Shown: positions 25,181 to 39,289, numbered from the whole stretch's first letter. The stretch: DNA of 61,786 bases, filler included, from Sphacelaria rigidula (GCA_964200075.2; 10 parts of 10 records of this genome joined end to end with filler, not necessarily neighbours in it); one strand, 5' to 3'. The notes: a model not told the origin generated them from the sequence alone. Translations and numbers: made by a program.

Positions 25181-27049
25181 CAACAGATGACTTGAGTCTA
25201 TCAGATGCGGCTACGCAGTATTACCGTACAGGTACAGGTACTGACTGTATGTATTACATCATCGTATTATACTGCACTGTATAGTAGTCGTGACGGAGTT
25301 TTCAATTTTTGAGGCAATCAGCTGCGCCGCCAGACATGGATGCAAACGATCGTGCCGTTCTCGGGTTCTTCGGAACACTGAGATGCTTCTTTTTCACGCG
25401 AATTGCACACTCCATATACTACGCCCTAGGCGTGGTGATGCGCTGGAACGCGAAGCGTGGTCGCCACCTACGTACCAAGCAATACCATGCACACCGCCGA
25501 ACGCGGGATATATTGACCTTCTAAGTCTGCAACTTGTGCCGACGATCCAGCCTTGAACATAGATTTTAAGATACGCCCCGTGTTGGGCCGTAGGTCCTTC
25601 GTCTGGGGCACCTCGCTCGTGTGAACGACACCTACTTTGCGGATGATCCCAGCTGATAATTTATATGATGACTTTTGTACGCGAGAATCGGTGCAGATTT
25701 GAAAAAAAAAAATGCGCCCCAACCCCCTGCTACATCTTGTGTAACATCAACGGGTCGAGCCACCGCTAGGCCGAAACGTAAGGAAACGGGTAGAGGCTGT
25801 AGGGGGGAGGAAATCCGATACAAGCGTGACAACTATTGTGAAGTAAGGAAGATTCACGTCATCATCTCATCTGAACTCGCAACAGAGGTGAGGCCGATTG
25901 AAGTTCCTTGTGTGGTGGTGTAGCGGGCGGCGGGTATTATCAGGTGCATATGGTAACTTGCTCGGTCCCTGTCGACTCGAAACCTGCGATGGCTAGGTCC
26001 GCGAGATACTGGGAAAGGAAGAGATTTCGTTGAGTTTGTTCGATAATACAGAGGCGTAGAATAATATAGGGCCTGCCTTCACGAGAAAAACGAGGCAAGA
26101 AAGCCCATCACCGATGAAGGGGGTGATATACCCCGTCATTTGTTGTCACGGGACCATGTAGCTACTGACTGGCAGGCACAGTGCAGAACGGGGCAATACC
26201 GTCTGTCGAGAAAGTGGCCGATGTCGCCTGATACCATAAGAGACAATAACTTCGCTCCAACTCTGCTTCATGGGCGGCATCATTGTTCATGAAACGACCG
26301 TGGTCCGTACCTGGCATGTGGCACACTCCACAACACGCTGTAGTGTGAAGCTCTTTTACCACCAGCATTTCCCCGTCGATCGATGAAATTCTTGGTTTCA
26401 GTTTTTCGGCCTCACGGTCCCGCTCCTGCCGGCGTTTCTGGCCGTTGTCACGGCCTGGAGTGAACAGGAGAGTGGTGTGTACTTGCTGCAGGCTACAGCG
26501 TACATGTACACCATAGCAAAGAAAGGTCTTCAGGCAACACCACACGTTGTTGATGTAGTTTCTGGGTAAAGTGGTCCAGTGTCATGGAAGAAGCGGCCGA
26601 TTTTTCGAAGGTATTGCAAGGGTATATGCCAGATACAGGGCGGTTGCGATTTTGTGTGCCCGTTCTCTTGGGGGCCAGGAGAGGGAGTGATGCCCTCGCT
26701 GGATTATGAATTATGACTCGCGCGGTGGATCGCAATAGCATTGGCATGTTGCGCTTTAGCGTTTTGCCGCCAGAGCCCTCAGCTACACTTTAGATGGACA
26801 CCATAACAAAGTGTAAGAAACGGCGGTTTTGCCCCTGTTTAAAACCCCACATTACGCGAGTGAGGGATTCGGAACGCCAGGATTCTGTAGAAGGGCCTTC
26901 TGTCGGGAGTAAGTGGGCGATATGGAAGTAACCTCGAGCCAAGATAATCACAAAATAACATTTCACCTGCTCTATGCATACGGCGTCCTCGCAATCCTGC
27001 AAACGGGAATCGAATGCAGGCTGGTTCAGACTCATCACCCAAAAAACAC

Positions 27050-27801
27050 TCATGGGAAAAATCTCACGCCGTTTTGAGGAATTACACCCTGAGATTTTGC
27101 ACAGATGTTTCATGGGGCATTAGACCACTTTGTATGGCAACCAATCCGTGTTTGTACAAATAGGAGGATTTCAGCCCGTTTAATCCGATTTCCTCCCGTG
27201 GATTTATTTTTCGGACCCCAGTCCGTTCGGCAATGTTTTTCGCCTAGCTCTGAGGGAACTAGATCATTTCTCCGATTCTCCGGGCGCTGACTTTTGGTTC
27301 ATCACCGGTCTGCTCAGATCGGGAGACTCCCGCATCTCCCCGATTTGGGCCCCAGATTCGGGGGAGATGCGGGAGTCTCCCGATCTGAGCAGAGAGGTGA
27401 TGAGCCAAAAGTCAGCGTCCAGAGAATCGGAGAATTGATCTAGTTCCCTCAGAGCTAGGCGAAAAACATTGCCGAACGGACTGGGGTCCAAAAACTCAAT
27501 CCACGGGAGAAAATCGGATTTGACCGGCCTGAAATCCTCACATTTGTACAAATACGGATTGGTTGTCATAAAAACTTTCGAAGGTCGGGGTTTTTCGACT
27601 TTGTGACTCGTTTCACCTTTTTTCGGGGGTCCCAGTTTTTCCCGGGAAACATCGATCCAATCGGACCCCCGTGAAACGGTAAAAGACAAGAAAAATCAAG
27701 TAATATCGTTTGTTCATCGACAGTTGCGTAATGACCCATAACACAGCTGTGCAAAATTTCAGGGTTCATCTCCTTACAACGGCGTGAGGTTTTTCGCGAT
27801 G
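27050..27801. repeat. Large foldback palindrome
   Basis: Inner arms ~27129-27343 and ~27358-27574; outer arms ~27050-27122 and ~27729-27801. Confidence 0.9.
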
Positions 27802-29237
27802 AAGTTTGACCTGCCGCCGTGAAACCGCAAAGTACTTGATTTTAGTTCGAAAACGACGTTTTTAAGCCTATTTTGACGTGAACATGAAAATTCGAGCGTC
27901 AGTTGTTCGTGTTTTGCGACGAAATTTGCTGAGGCCCTTCCTTGGGTCATGCGGCAACAGCTCGTTCACGAAAAAGTGAAAAATATCGTATTTCCGGTTT
28001 TCCGGGGTCCCAGAATGGAGACTACTTCGAGAAACGACTTGGATCCCGTCGGGCCCCCCAAAAATGGTGAAAAACTGAAGAAGACAAAATATCGTCCCAA
28101 TGAAAGTTGCGTAATAATATACAGCATATTTTTACAGAGTTTCAAGATGTAACTCCTGATAACAGCGTGAAAGTTTGAGGGCGATCTGAGCTTGCCTACA
28201 ACAGATAAAGAGGACACTGTCACGAGGCTCCCTGGGTTTTTCGTACGTATCATTAGTGGAAATTAGACGACGCCAACACCCGACATCACCGAAACCGTGA
28301 TGTTTCGGGTATAACTCGATCCCCGTAGTAACCGTTTTGAAATATGTTTTTTTTGTTAAATTCCCGAGCTGATTACAGCTACTACGATTTGAAGCATGTG
28401 GAGATCGTGTGAAAACTGGGTGAGAATTCGTAATTTCGATCTCGGAACAATTTGACGGGCGCTGATTGGACGATATACCTTTTCGCCCTCAGTGCTACCA
28501 TTATGGCCTTACACATAAATCCGGCTATTTCACGCTCTTCAGCTGTCCATGGCGGTCAGTATGATATCATGTATGCGACTATTAGGTAGGTATTGCGGAA
28601 GACATTTGCTGATGGCACAATTTTGGGTGATACACGTGAACCAGCCTGTACAGATTCGTAACGTACGTTCTGCACCACCTTTGCCCAACTCCCCGAGGGT
28701 GATGGCATTACAGCCGCGGGCTTGTTCGCGAGTGCTTCAGACAGTCCCTAGTGCAACGTGGGGTAGATGAAAGCGATGGCGGACCAAACCTGGCAGTTTC
28801 TTCCCCTGCATTCCGCGTAGGCGACACTCAGTGGTTCACTGTCGACGCTTCGTCCCGCAGCGCATCGCCCGAGTAACACATAGGCAAGCAATGACGACTG
28901 GCCAGCGGTGTTGGGATCGATATCACTCATCATCTCCCTTGCGCCGCCGCATTCGTCGCAGTGCAAGTTCCTTTCGTCGGCAGACCGCTGTACCACTGAC
29001 TATATGCAAACTGCTCGTCACACCCTGTGCACGCAATACAGCACCGCACTTATACCTGTACTGCAAGGTGTTCAAGTCTGTAAGACATGATTGCACACAT
29101 CCCGCGGGACACGGCTAAAACATTGTATCCAAACGAAGCCCTCTGCTCAAAGGGTTAATGGTACATCCTGCTGTACGTCACGTGCCTGAATGCACCACGG
29201 ATGTGCCAATGCCCAAATGTAGTCGCCAGTAATACTA

Positions 29238-29545
29238 CAAGCTGGGCCGCCCAACACGCGGACAGCGATGCCGACACGCGATTGAGCAGCTCAATTTTGG
29301 GTCGTTTTGTATGAAATTTTGACACAATGTACAGGACGTATGTATAAAGACTCCCTTCTCGGCCCTCTACATTTTTGTTACGAGTTATGCACGATTATGT
29401 TTTCCGAAATAAACTGTTCTGAAATGTTTGATCGCCGATCACTCACGGAGAACAAAAAAATGTACAGGGCAGAGGGTGGCATCTTCGCACATGCATCCTG
29501 TACATCGTGTCAAAATTTCATAAAAAATGACCCGAAATTAACCAG
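29238..29545 (+). mobile_element. Left part of the Tc1/mariner-like element
   Basis: TA+CAAGCTGGGCCGCC, homologous to 14899-15212. Confidence 0.7.
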
Positions 29546-30845
29546 TGGTCTACGCATTACACGTTCATGTTCACGTTATGGTCATCACGTAAAGAGTCTT
29601 GAACGTTCACGTTACGTTACGTATGTCACGTTGACCGATCGTCACGGATCATCTTTCGGTCTGCTTCTGCGGGAGGATCGAGAAGAGTGGCAGTTTTCTC
29701 CTCTTCAGGCCGAGCGTCTAGTGTAAAATATTATCCCGAAAAACATAATTTTTGGCTCAGATAAGGAATGAAAAAACCGGACATGAATGTACTGATCTAT
29801 GTGTGGAACGGAGAGACATTTACGCTATGAATGAATAGGACTAATGATATAAAAACTAGAGGTAAGCCACGGCTGACGCGCGTGGCAGCAGTGCCGAACG
29901 TATCAGCGCCACGGGTCTTGCACGAGTGGAGGTTTGGACGTGATCGCGAAAAATAAAAAAGGAATCCGACATTAACCGTAATTGATGAGGATAGGTAGAT
30001 GAGGACTTTCAACCGCACGGCTAACCGTAACCACTATAAAGAGAAAAGAAAGCCTCGCCGTTAGGGACGCCAATAATGGGGTGGGGGGGGTGTTAGACTC
30101 CGAAATGTGTCCAAGCTGTCCGACGACACTTTACCAACCATAGATCACTGTTATTCGTTTCCTTGGATACACTTGACCAAAGAATATACGTCCTCATTAT
30201 GGAGAAATCGTAAGTTTTAACGATGCTCTCCCCATTCAGACGCTGCATACACCTCCACGCCGCTGATACATGACGGGGTTGGAATTGTTTTCAAATGCTT
30301 TCCAAGCTCGCCCTCGAAATCTGCAAAAAAACATGAGTGATTTTCAGAGTTTTGTGCTGAGCGCGGGATGTGCTCTGAAAACGTGACGAACCGATGCATC
30401 CAGATCGTAGCACAGATCGCGAAAGAGAGCGCTTCGATCGCACACGTTGCGAGAGAGGACTGGGATGTTGAACTCGGCCCCTCACAGTAGTCCCCCGATC
30501 AACCCACCTTACTCAACATAAGCAATTGAGAAATAAGCACAGGCAGGGGACCAAGATGGACATTGGCTCCCGCCGGGTCGCCAGGTTCATTGATTCGGAA
30601 GTTACCGGTGACAGTTGCGTTCGGACAGGATAGGCACCATGTCATGGGGGTTTATAAAGCTGGGCCGTCAGAGTCAAGATGCGTTGCTTATTCAGGCTTT
30701 AGTTCCGTATGCGCGCATAAAGTTGATATTGATTCCTTTTTTTTTAGCTTAAGCAGGGGACAGCGTAAAAAACAAATCTGGACATCTAGGCCCCAACACC
30801 GAAAATTCGATTTTTTTTTTTTTTTTTGGGGGGGGTCGGGAAAGC

Positions 30846-30945
30846 NNNNNNNNNNNNNNNNNNNNNNNNNNNNNNNNNNNNNNNNNNNNTTAATTAATTA
30901 ANNNNNNNNNNNNNNNNNNNNNNNNNNNNNNNNNNNNNNNNNNNN
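30846..30945. other. Artificial contig spacer
   Basis: 44N-TTAATTAATTAA-44N. Confidence 0.99.
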
Positions 30946-30997
30946 GGGGATCATTTTGTTGACTTGATCCCAGTATCGAGCGGGACATCATTTTGGC

Positions 30998-31140
30998 TAT
31001 TAATAATATTGATAATTATTATTATTACTATTATTATTATTATTATTATTATATATTATAAATTACATATTATTATATGTTATTATATATTATTATATAT
31101 ATTGTGATCATCATCATTATATATTATTATCATCATTATT
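30998..31140. repeat. (ATT)n AT-rich microsatellite
   Basis: Direct reading. Confidence 0.9.
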
Positions 31141-31556
31141 GAGTCAACGGATCTCACTGAACTTGTTCCAATTTTCAAACTGGTTGTTGTCTCAGGTTAT
31201 TCCAGATTCGGCATTAGATTTCTGTCACAGAACACACTCATTTTTTTCGGAATACTTTTGAAAAAACAAACAGAACTTTGAAAAAAACTGCTCAAAACAT
31301 GAACCCATTATATGGAGTACAGGGTACCACACTGAACACAAGACAACTCTGCAGTGGTATATGGAGTACAGAGTACTAGACTGAACAAAAGACAACACAG
31401 CAGTTCTGCAGTGTTTTTTTTTTTCAAACCTGAAGACGGGCTGAATACAGTATGCATCAGCTTCTCTTGTTGCAAAATTAATAATAGTGTCCAGCTGCTG
31501 CTGCTGCTGTACTACTACGACAACACAGCAATACTTTTTTCAGAATATGTAGTCAT

Positions 31557-31695
31557 ACGAACAAGGCGCTTCCCACACCCATAATTTCCATGCTTTAGCT
31601 GTCGCTGTGCTGTTGTGCATTTGAACACTCTACGACGAACATGGTGTGATGTGCGCTCGAGAGTGCCTGAACAGTTGTAGTGCTGCACGCGGTAT
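31557..31695 (+). repeat. Dispersed repeat shared with 40590-40727
   Basis: ACGAACAAGGCGCTTCCCA...GAGTGCCTGAACAGTTGTA in both contigs. Confidence 0.8.
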
Positions 31696-31713
31696 TCCGG
31701 TAAGCACAGAAGT

Positions 31714-31937
31714 GGGGTGAGCGCTCATGGACAGTAGAGGCGCTGCAAAACTGCTCGTCGTTCAAATCTGCTGCGTGGGCTCCAGATTTCAACAAACGAC
31801 GCAGCGTCGGTCAAAATAACAGGTTGGGGTGAGCGCTCATGGACAGTAGAGGCGCTGCAAAACTGCTCGTCGTTCAAATCTGCTGCGTGGGCTCCAGATT
31901 TTAAAAAATGACGCAGCGTCGGTCATAATAACGGGTT
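31714..31937 (+). repeat. Tandem duplication of a 112-bp unit
   Basis: GGGGTGAGCGCTCATGGACAGTAG... at 31714 and 31826. Confidence 0.9.
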
Positions 31938-32574
31938 GGGGTGGATCCTTCTTTCCACCGTTGGCGCGGGCAAATATTTGTGTACCCCTACCATAGCATC
32001 CCTCGGCTAACCCTTGCAAATCTACACACAACAGTCTTTGTTTGACAGCAAATCGAGCCGTAGCTGCTCATCAGCTGTGCACGTTACACCGACCTTTCTC
32101 ACATCTGTTCAGAATTTATTGAGAAACGATGATTTGTGTGAGACGCGCGCGCAGCACACGCTTACAGAACGGTCAGCAACGACACGTTTTCGGTTGTTTT
32201 TTATACGCATGCAGCCGCCATTCGTCCATTACAGAACGGATTTGTGTCAAACAAATAAGACTGCCGTGTGTAAATTAGCAATGGCCAGCAGTGAAACTAA
32301 TGCGCGTGAGTGGTGGGTGTCTGTGCGTGTTTTTTCGGGGCTGGGTGTGTAGGTGTTGTGTTGCCTTGTTGCGTGATGTCTGCAGCATTACACGGACCTT
32401 GGACCTGCCTGGACTCACGACCACTTCCAGACCCGCCGCATTTCTCAACCTGGGTGCAGATCTGGGTTCTAATCTGTACGAAACTGCTTGTCGATAGGAC
32501 TCGGGACTGGTCGTTATGGGGCCAATCCCCTGTTAAAAGGGGATTGTGAACACGGGGATTATCCCTTTCATTAA

Positions 32575-35060
32575 CCCTTTTGGGACCGGGCCTCCAGAAC
32601 GACCAATGAGGCTGGTTAGGAATGACGTGTCTGGCGTCTGCACGAGACAGACAGTGGCGTGTGGATTTGCTTTGGGCTCAAGAATTATGGATTATTCAGG
32701 ATGTAGAGAAGACGGGAAACTGACACAAACAAAACTGCTAGACCAAAAACCCGTTCTCGCAGTTGGGAAACTATCGGGCTAACCCGAGACTACTGCACTT
32801 ACTATTGGCCCGCCCTCGCGGTAGGTCACTCTTACCCCCCCCTCCCCCGCCCTCCTTTTACTTCATTCATATAATCCGCACCCTGGTGCCTTCCTCGATT
32901 GAGCGATAGGGTGGTGGGCGAGCAAAATCGATCAAGTGACAGGGACTACTGTACTACTGAGACTGCTGGCGTGTCGCTGTCTGGTCAACTGGTCTCGAGT
33001 GATACTATCTGCTTCTTCGGTGCTCTTGGACCAGACCAGTCTCGCTCGCTTGAACCAACTCTGCGACGTTTGCGCCTTGGACACGCGATCCCTTATATCT
33101 TATTTCAAGTTCGGCATACACCAGAGTACATCCCTTATAATTTGCCATCCGCCAACACAAACCTCGTATTCTTACTGGATACACCCAAATGCGCGTGTGT
33201 AACCGCAGGGTTATGACGGAGACTGAAAGTTTCATTCAATCTATTTTCATGTGCAGGGTGCGCATTAGGTAGTGTACATCTGATGTAGCAAGCAGTATGG
33301 GTCGCGGTAGAGCGCTTCCAACAGGATACGGCGACCGGCGGGCCGCCCGCCACGTAAACTTGTGGCTTTGAATGATATTATTGTCCCCATCACCTTGCCA
33401 CACAGCCCTTTGTGGTCGGGGTGGACCGCCGTTTCCCTCTTTGTTGCATGCGGCAAATTCTCTTCGAAGGGTATATCAGCTTTGCGGCGCGCATACATAC
33501 AGTATAGTACAGTACAGTACGGTGCAGTACGCTTCCCCGACTGCAGCAGCAGCTGCCGTTACATACTCCCTTGCACGTTCAGGGCAATTCTCAGTCACCG
33601 AGATCAACTGCCTATATATCACTTCTTCATCCCCGCCTACCACCTATACTCCGTACATGTTAACTGCACACTGCAAGTCATCGGCATAGATAGGGATAAG
33701 CAAAATTCATGACGGTAGCTCATTTTGTCTTTCAACGGCCCACTTGGGTTTAGTGCCTCGTGAAAATGACTACATTGTAGCATGTACACTCCTTCCCGTT
33801 TTTTTCCGGTCCACCCTGTGTTAGTACTAATTACTACGTTTCAGTATAGAATTGGGACCCAAAAAACACTCCGGAAAAACTTGAGAGCGCTATACTGAGT
33901 GCAAGTAATACCATGAAAACAAGCTGCGACCACCCTGCACTTAAAAACTGGCACAGGACCCATCCATGGGGAAAATTTTGTAGTAAATTAAATTATTCGC
34001 GCGAAGGGCGATTATGTCCGAGCGTTCAAGATCGGCACCCTGCAAACACTGAGAACCCGTTTGAAATCAGCCGAAGAACTAAAGCATGGGACATGTCTTG
34101 TCTCACTGTACTGCAGTACAAACACACTCACTTCCGCTCTCATGTGCTGTAGTTATCACTGTTCTATGGTGTGTTTCGACTTTGCGAAGACGGTTTGGTG
34201 TCCGCTGAGATTGTTTGATGTGCTGTATTGTTGAGATCGTCTCTCTGCAACGTATAGTATCAGTCGGAACGCAGTGCTGTCTACGCACTTGACTGTTGAA
34301 AATTTCATGTTACACGGACCCATCCAAGTGATACCAAACACGGCTGGGTAAAGGCACACAACCAGCACCAGTATACACCGCTCGACCGGCTGGGCCAGAC
34401 CCCATGCTCCAATGAAAGGAGCAACGCACAGCACAGTGCGGATATACTGCACCGCCAAGGTACTGCTTACACCCGTCAGTATGACGGCTGCTGCCGTTGG
34501 CGTCGGCGCCAGCGTTCGCGGCCACGGCAAGACACAACCAGCCATACTAAGATGGGGATATACTGATACACGAGGATCGCCATGACCCACTGCGGCGGCA
34601 ATGTACCACTCGCTGTCTGCTTGTCTGCTTGAAGCTCCGGTTCTCTGCCGCTATTCTATCCATCTCGGCGTACACTCCAGCAGGTGTGACTCGAGCCTGC
34701 GAGCTAATCACAAGCAGTTTTCACTACATAATTCACTACGGAGGTCGCATTTCATTGGTGCTCGATTCCGCCTATTCCTCACTGAAGGGCCTCACATTTC
34801 ACTACATCAGTTTATCCCCATGTATGGGCGTTGTGCCACTTAGAAACCTGGGGAGGCTTATCTGGGCCAGGGATAGGGCTCCCACGCGATCTTTACAGTG
34901 GCATCACACTCGACAACAATCCCCGCGCTGGCCGTTCGGGTCTGGTCGACAAATTTCGCCTCGCCGTGATAAGGCAGGTCGCTCGGGGACTTGTGTTTTA
35001 TTATTCCACTAACACAGGGTCAATCAACCCTGTGTTAGTACGGGTCCGGTCCCAAAGGGG
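32575..35060 (+). mobile_element. piggyBac-like non-autonomous transposon, 2.5 kb
   Basis: TTAA at 32571-32574 and 35061-35064; TIR CCCTTTTGGGACCGGGCC / GGTCCGGTCCCAAAGGGG; no transposase ORF seen. Confidence 0.75.
33947..34840 (+). mobile_element. TIR element nested in the piggyBac-like element
   Basis: Imperfect TIR ACTGGCACAGGACCCATCCATGGGG / CCCCATGTATGGGCGTTGTGCCACT; relatives at 24757-24930 and 39290-39540. Confidence 0.6.
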
Positions 35061-35961
35061 TTAAGAAGGGCCCTAACCCCAACCAAAGTGAGGCGTTGGC
35101 AGACCGAAAAAAGGCGCCACAGGCGCCGTTATTGACGAAAACGCGTTCTGCGCACGCGAGGGGTATTGGCGGCTGTCAGCCCCGCTAAAGATTAGATCCG
35201 AATATCGGTGTCTACACTCAAATCAAGGAATAAAATTCCAAGGAGGTTCTAATCGACCAAGTGGCAAACAGACAAGACCTAGAGTTTTAATCGTACATCT
35301 ATGGTTGATTTTTTTTTACAAACTAACAATAACGCTAACCCTAACCCTGACCCAAGGCGTACGAGAACCTCGGACAAGGGGGGTACATACGTTCCCCTAG
35401 GCATGGTGTGTGTTGGTAGACCTGAAATCGACGCCGCAGGCGCCGATTTCGATAAAAACACGTTATGGACGAGCTGGGTCCACCGCTCACCTGTCCCAAA
35501 CCATAAATTTTCTCAGAACTTTCTTGAGTCTAAAATTAAGTAGTCATGTTGTCAACCATAGGTATACGACCAAAGCTCTAGTTACGCCCACGATTGACGC
35601 ATTGATTGGTTAAGTGATTGATTGTCGTACATTGACTGATCCCCAAGGGACCCAGCCGAGATTGGTGATTATCCGCAAGATGAATGTACCCCCAGGCAAA
35701 CAAATCGGAAACGTTCCACATCCTGGACGATATGTCGTCAACGGTTGCAATAGAATATATATATATATATATATTGATGCGCCTGTTGCAACTATTGTCA
35801 GACTTTCTCGTATTACAACTATTGACCATATATTTTCCAGGATGTGAAACGCTCGCCAAAATAAAAATAAAAAATGGGAGAAGAAAATATCTATTATATA
35901 GAATAAACAAGAGGAGTAAGGCCGCTCGCTGCGTATAACAGGCAACAATAAAAATGTGGAA

Positions 35962-36352
35962 GAGTGCTTACTGGAAGCGTCTGCGTCATTTTACGCCCTA
36001 AAAGAGACCTAGGCGGAGTGTGACACCTTGGAATGACTTGCCCTACTAGTTGAGGCGGCTCCAGAATATCTTCGCGTCTTCCGGTAACGGCAGTTTTCAT
36101 TTTGACCGAACAAGAATTTTTGTCCAAGAACGGTCAAGCCCAGAGAAAAATGGGGATTTTTCTAGATTTGACTGTTCTTGCCCGTTCTTGGACAAAAAAT
36201 ATTGTTTGGCCAAAATAAAAACTGCGGCCACCGGATAGCGGAAAGATGTCCTGGAGCCGCCTCAACGAGTGGACCAAGTCATTTTAAGGTGTCAGGCTCC
36301 GCCTAGCTCTCTTCTAGGGCGTAAAACGGCGTAGAAGCTCCCAAAAAGCACC
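35962..36352. mobile_element. Foldback MITE, ~390 bp
   Basis: ~175-bp imperfect inverted arms (TTTTACGCCCTA/TAGGGCGTAAAA; TTGAGGCGGCTCCAG/CTGGAGCCGCCTCAA; TTTTTGTCCAAGAACGG/CCGTTCTTGGACAAAAA). Confidence 0.8.
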
Positions 36353-37034
36353 TCTGCAGATCTTATTTTTGTGCTGTTATAAGCAACAGCCTAAAATACC
36401 AAAAAACAAAAAACAACACAAACAATATCGAGGCAGTTGGAGCAAAGCATGCTTGTCACTATGGAACCCTTCGTCCTCACATCGCAGCACAACAGCAGCA
36501 ACCACAGCAACAACAACGAACGCAACGGCAGCAACTACAGCGACACCAATGACGAGAATTCGTTGCTGACAAAACAAATTACCTCAACGACGCCCCTGGG
36601 AAACCTCTCCTGTAGCTCCGAGACACGATCGCAGAATTGAAGCTTTCGGTACAACTGCCAAAAACAGGACAAAAAAACAGAGGTGAACAACAGGACAGCA
36701 GAGCCCCACAGACAATATTAAAAAAAGGGTGTATAACACGCTATAATAGCTAGTATGATAGGAGCTCACGCGTATTGGCCGCCAAATCCATGGTACCCCT
36801 CAAGATAGCGAGAGTGGGTCTTCATTGAATCGGCATCAATTTCACTTTAAAAAAGTATGCGTGCATGATCCAGAGGAACTACCCTCGCCGTCTAACGGTT
36901 AAACAAATAATTGGCTTCGGTGTGGACTAACCGTCACAATCGGATTTATTTATTTGGGGGGGGGGGGGGGGGGGGACCCCGTTTTTTGCTGTTGTGTTGG
37001 TTTGTTCCACTATCCACCCCCTCATTGCGGGAAC

Positions 37035-37134
37035 NNNNNNNNNNNNNNNNNNNNNNNNNNNNNNNNNNNNNNNNNNNNTTAATTAATTAANNNNNNNNNN
37101 NNNNNNNNNNNNNNNNNNNNNNNNNNNNNNNNNN
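37035..37134. other. Artificial contig spacer
   Basis: 44N-TTAATTAATTAA-44N. Confidence 0.99.
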
Positions 37135-37298
37135 GCTAGCGCTGCGGGCCGCGCGGTGTGGGGGGCGGGAGTGGGGTGCGGGGGGAGGGGAGGGGGGGGG
37201 GGGGGGGGGTCTGCGCGGAGTATCGGAGAAGCTCACGGAGTCAACCGTGTGTGTTTGGAAGTTTCTCGCGGAAAATTATGAGCCGCACACGAGACTCG

Positions 37299-37893
37299 AG
37301 AGGCGCGAGATGACCATTCCGACCAATCACGGTCGTCAAAATGAGCTCCACACCTCCATCTGGTATAAAACGTCATGGCGCAACACGCAAGCGGCGGCCA
37401 CGAGTATCCTACGCACGTAGATGTAGACGAGTACTTCGATAGTGAGGCGACCGCCATGGCCGAGCAATTGCTGTACGGTAGTTGGAGGCGTTCGCGGCGG
37501 TGGTCATGGTGCGATATCCAAACGCACGCTGCGTACACTCGGCACGTTCAAACTGTAAGATCCAGTACGCTGCAGACCTCACGTGCAGCCGCGGCACGAT
37601 ACACTACAGACTGCACGGCAAAAAGATGAGGCGTAATAACCAGGTGGTCGACAACCACACCACCGTCTGTGTTATGACGCAACTATGTGCCTCTTATGCA
37701 GTCCCGGTCCCTTCCGCCGTAGAGTAGGCGTTTTGAGTTGTGACAAAGGAATATTCACTGATTCTAAACCCCAAACGTGTAGTGTCTACCTCAGTCCACC
37801 AGCGGGGGGGGCGCTGTCTAAGGGTTAAAAGCCGGGCACGAGGCCCGAGAGGCGCGGAATTCCCATTCTAACCAATCACGGTCGTCAAAATGA
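37299..37893 (+). repeat. ~45-bp direct repeats ~550 bp apart
   Basis: GAGGCGCG..CCATTC..ACCAATCACGGTCGTCAAAATGA at ~37299-37343 and ~37848-37893. Confidence 0.75.
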
Positions 37894-39289
37894 TAACATT
37901 TGTTCCGGTTCGGGTGGACTAAATTGGACTAGTTAACTCTCTATCCCCACGACTTATTTTGGTCATGGGGGATCCACCATAGATTACATGGGTACAAATT
38001 ACTTGTTCTGCATTCTGTTGCCTACCCCGCCTGCCTGATCCCCCATGTGCTGCCAGCTTGGCTTCACATTGCCTGCAGTGTTGTTGTTGAGCACTAGGCA
38101 GAGGCACCAGCAGCATGCAGTAAATTGTGTTCAGTGGAAAGCGATGGCACACTTCAGTCTTGCGCCAGAACAAAAAATGCAACTCAAATGCCAAAATGCC
38201 CGCATACAAGATTCAAGAATCATACGAACCTCATGTATTTTTCGACGGTTGAGTACACTGTTTTCAGTAGAAGTCAAGCGTTACTTCGTTCGTGGATTTC
38301 TCCACCGCGTCCGAACGAACCAGGCTAAAACTTGGCACAGAGGTAGATCACAACACAGACAGCATATTTCCCCGGATCGGCGCCACGTTTTAGGTGGTGC
38401 GCCAGACGCACGAAGCGAAAACGGATTTTGGGCAATGCCATCGATACGCCCTCAAAACAGAGTCCCCTCGGCCCAGACTGCGTGGGACGTCAGTGGATGC
38501 ATAGATTGATACGCAGATGCGCTCACCTCCACGTCATGACCTGCTGGGTGGCTCCTGCCCCGGCAAACAAACATCGATCTATATTGAGTACACTCTGGAT
38601 GATGTCATTCAACGCGATACGTACCTTTGGTATCACCTGTAGAGGTGCTCAGTTCAGGAGGCACGTCTGTGCAAGCGCTGTCAGTGCTTTCACGCGCTGA
38701 AATTTCGACCACATATCATGTAGACAACAGACAACAACCTCATCTCGCTGAATCTGGGGTTGCGCGCAGGGTGAGCGTGCGTATTGGGGCGAAAATATGC
38801 CAGATTCTGTTCCGATTTTTTTCTTTTGGAGTAAGACTGACTCATACTGTCTCTTGCCGCTATATTGAGTGAAGGAATACAGCACACATACATACCGACT
38901 CTGCACGCGGTTGACTGCAGGGTCAAAACTGGTCAAGGGTTCTACGGGACTATTTCTATATAGATGACAAATATCCACATGAATGTTCATAAAACATGCG
39001 TTTTGTGCACAGTGGCGAGAAAAGAGCAGTTCTGAACCTCAAATGGGGCATAGTTCAAATCAGTCCACCTGCGGGGGTGTCGCTGTGTAAGGGTTCAGCT
39101 TCCATCGCATTGATCATGCTAGCACGGTTTATTAAAAAATCGTTCATGTTGAAAATAATTGTGGTTCACATGCACACAGTACCCGTGCTAGCATTATAAG
39201 GAACATCTCAAACAGGTTCGGACAAAAACTCGCACCTCAATCGCACCATAATACATGTGGTCACCTGCTCCCACAGACGGAGGTAACTC

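Noticed and set aside
27398..27465. Hammerhead-like GTGATGA-GCC...GGC-GAAA
   Set aside because: Core lacks the C of CUGAUGA, no stems I/III found, and the opposite arm reads GTGATGAACC
36437..36640. Asn/Ser-rich ORF
   Set aside because: Driven by (CAA/CAG)n low complexity, with no splice or motif support
38625..38990. Gene with 36-42 nt introns on the minus strand
   Set aside because: Spliced product meets a stop and shows no recognisable motif
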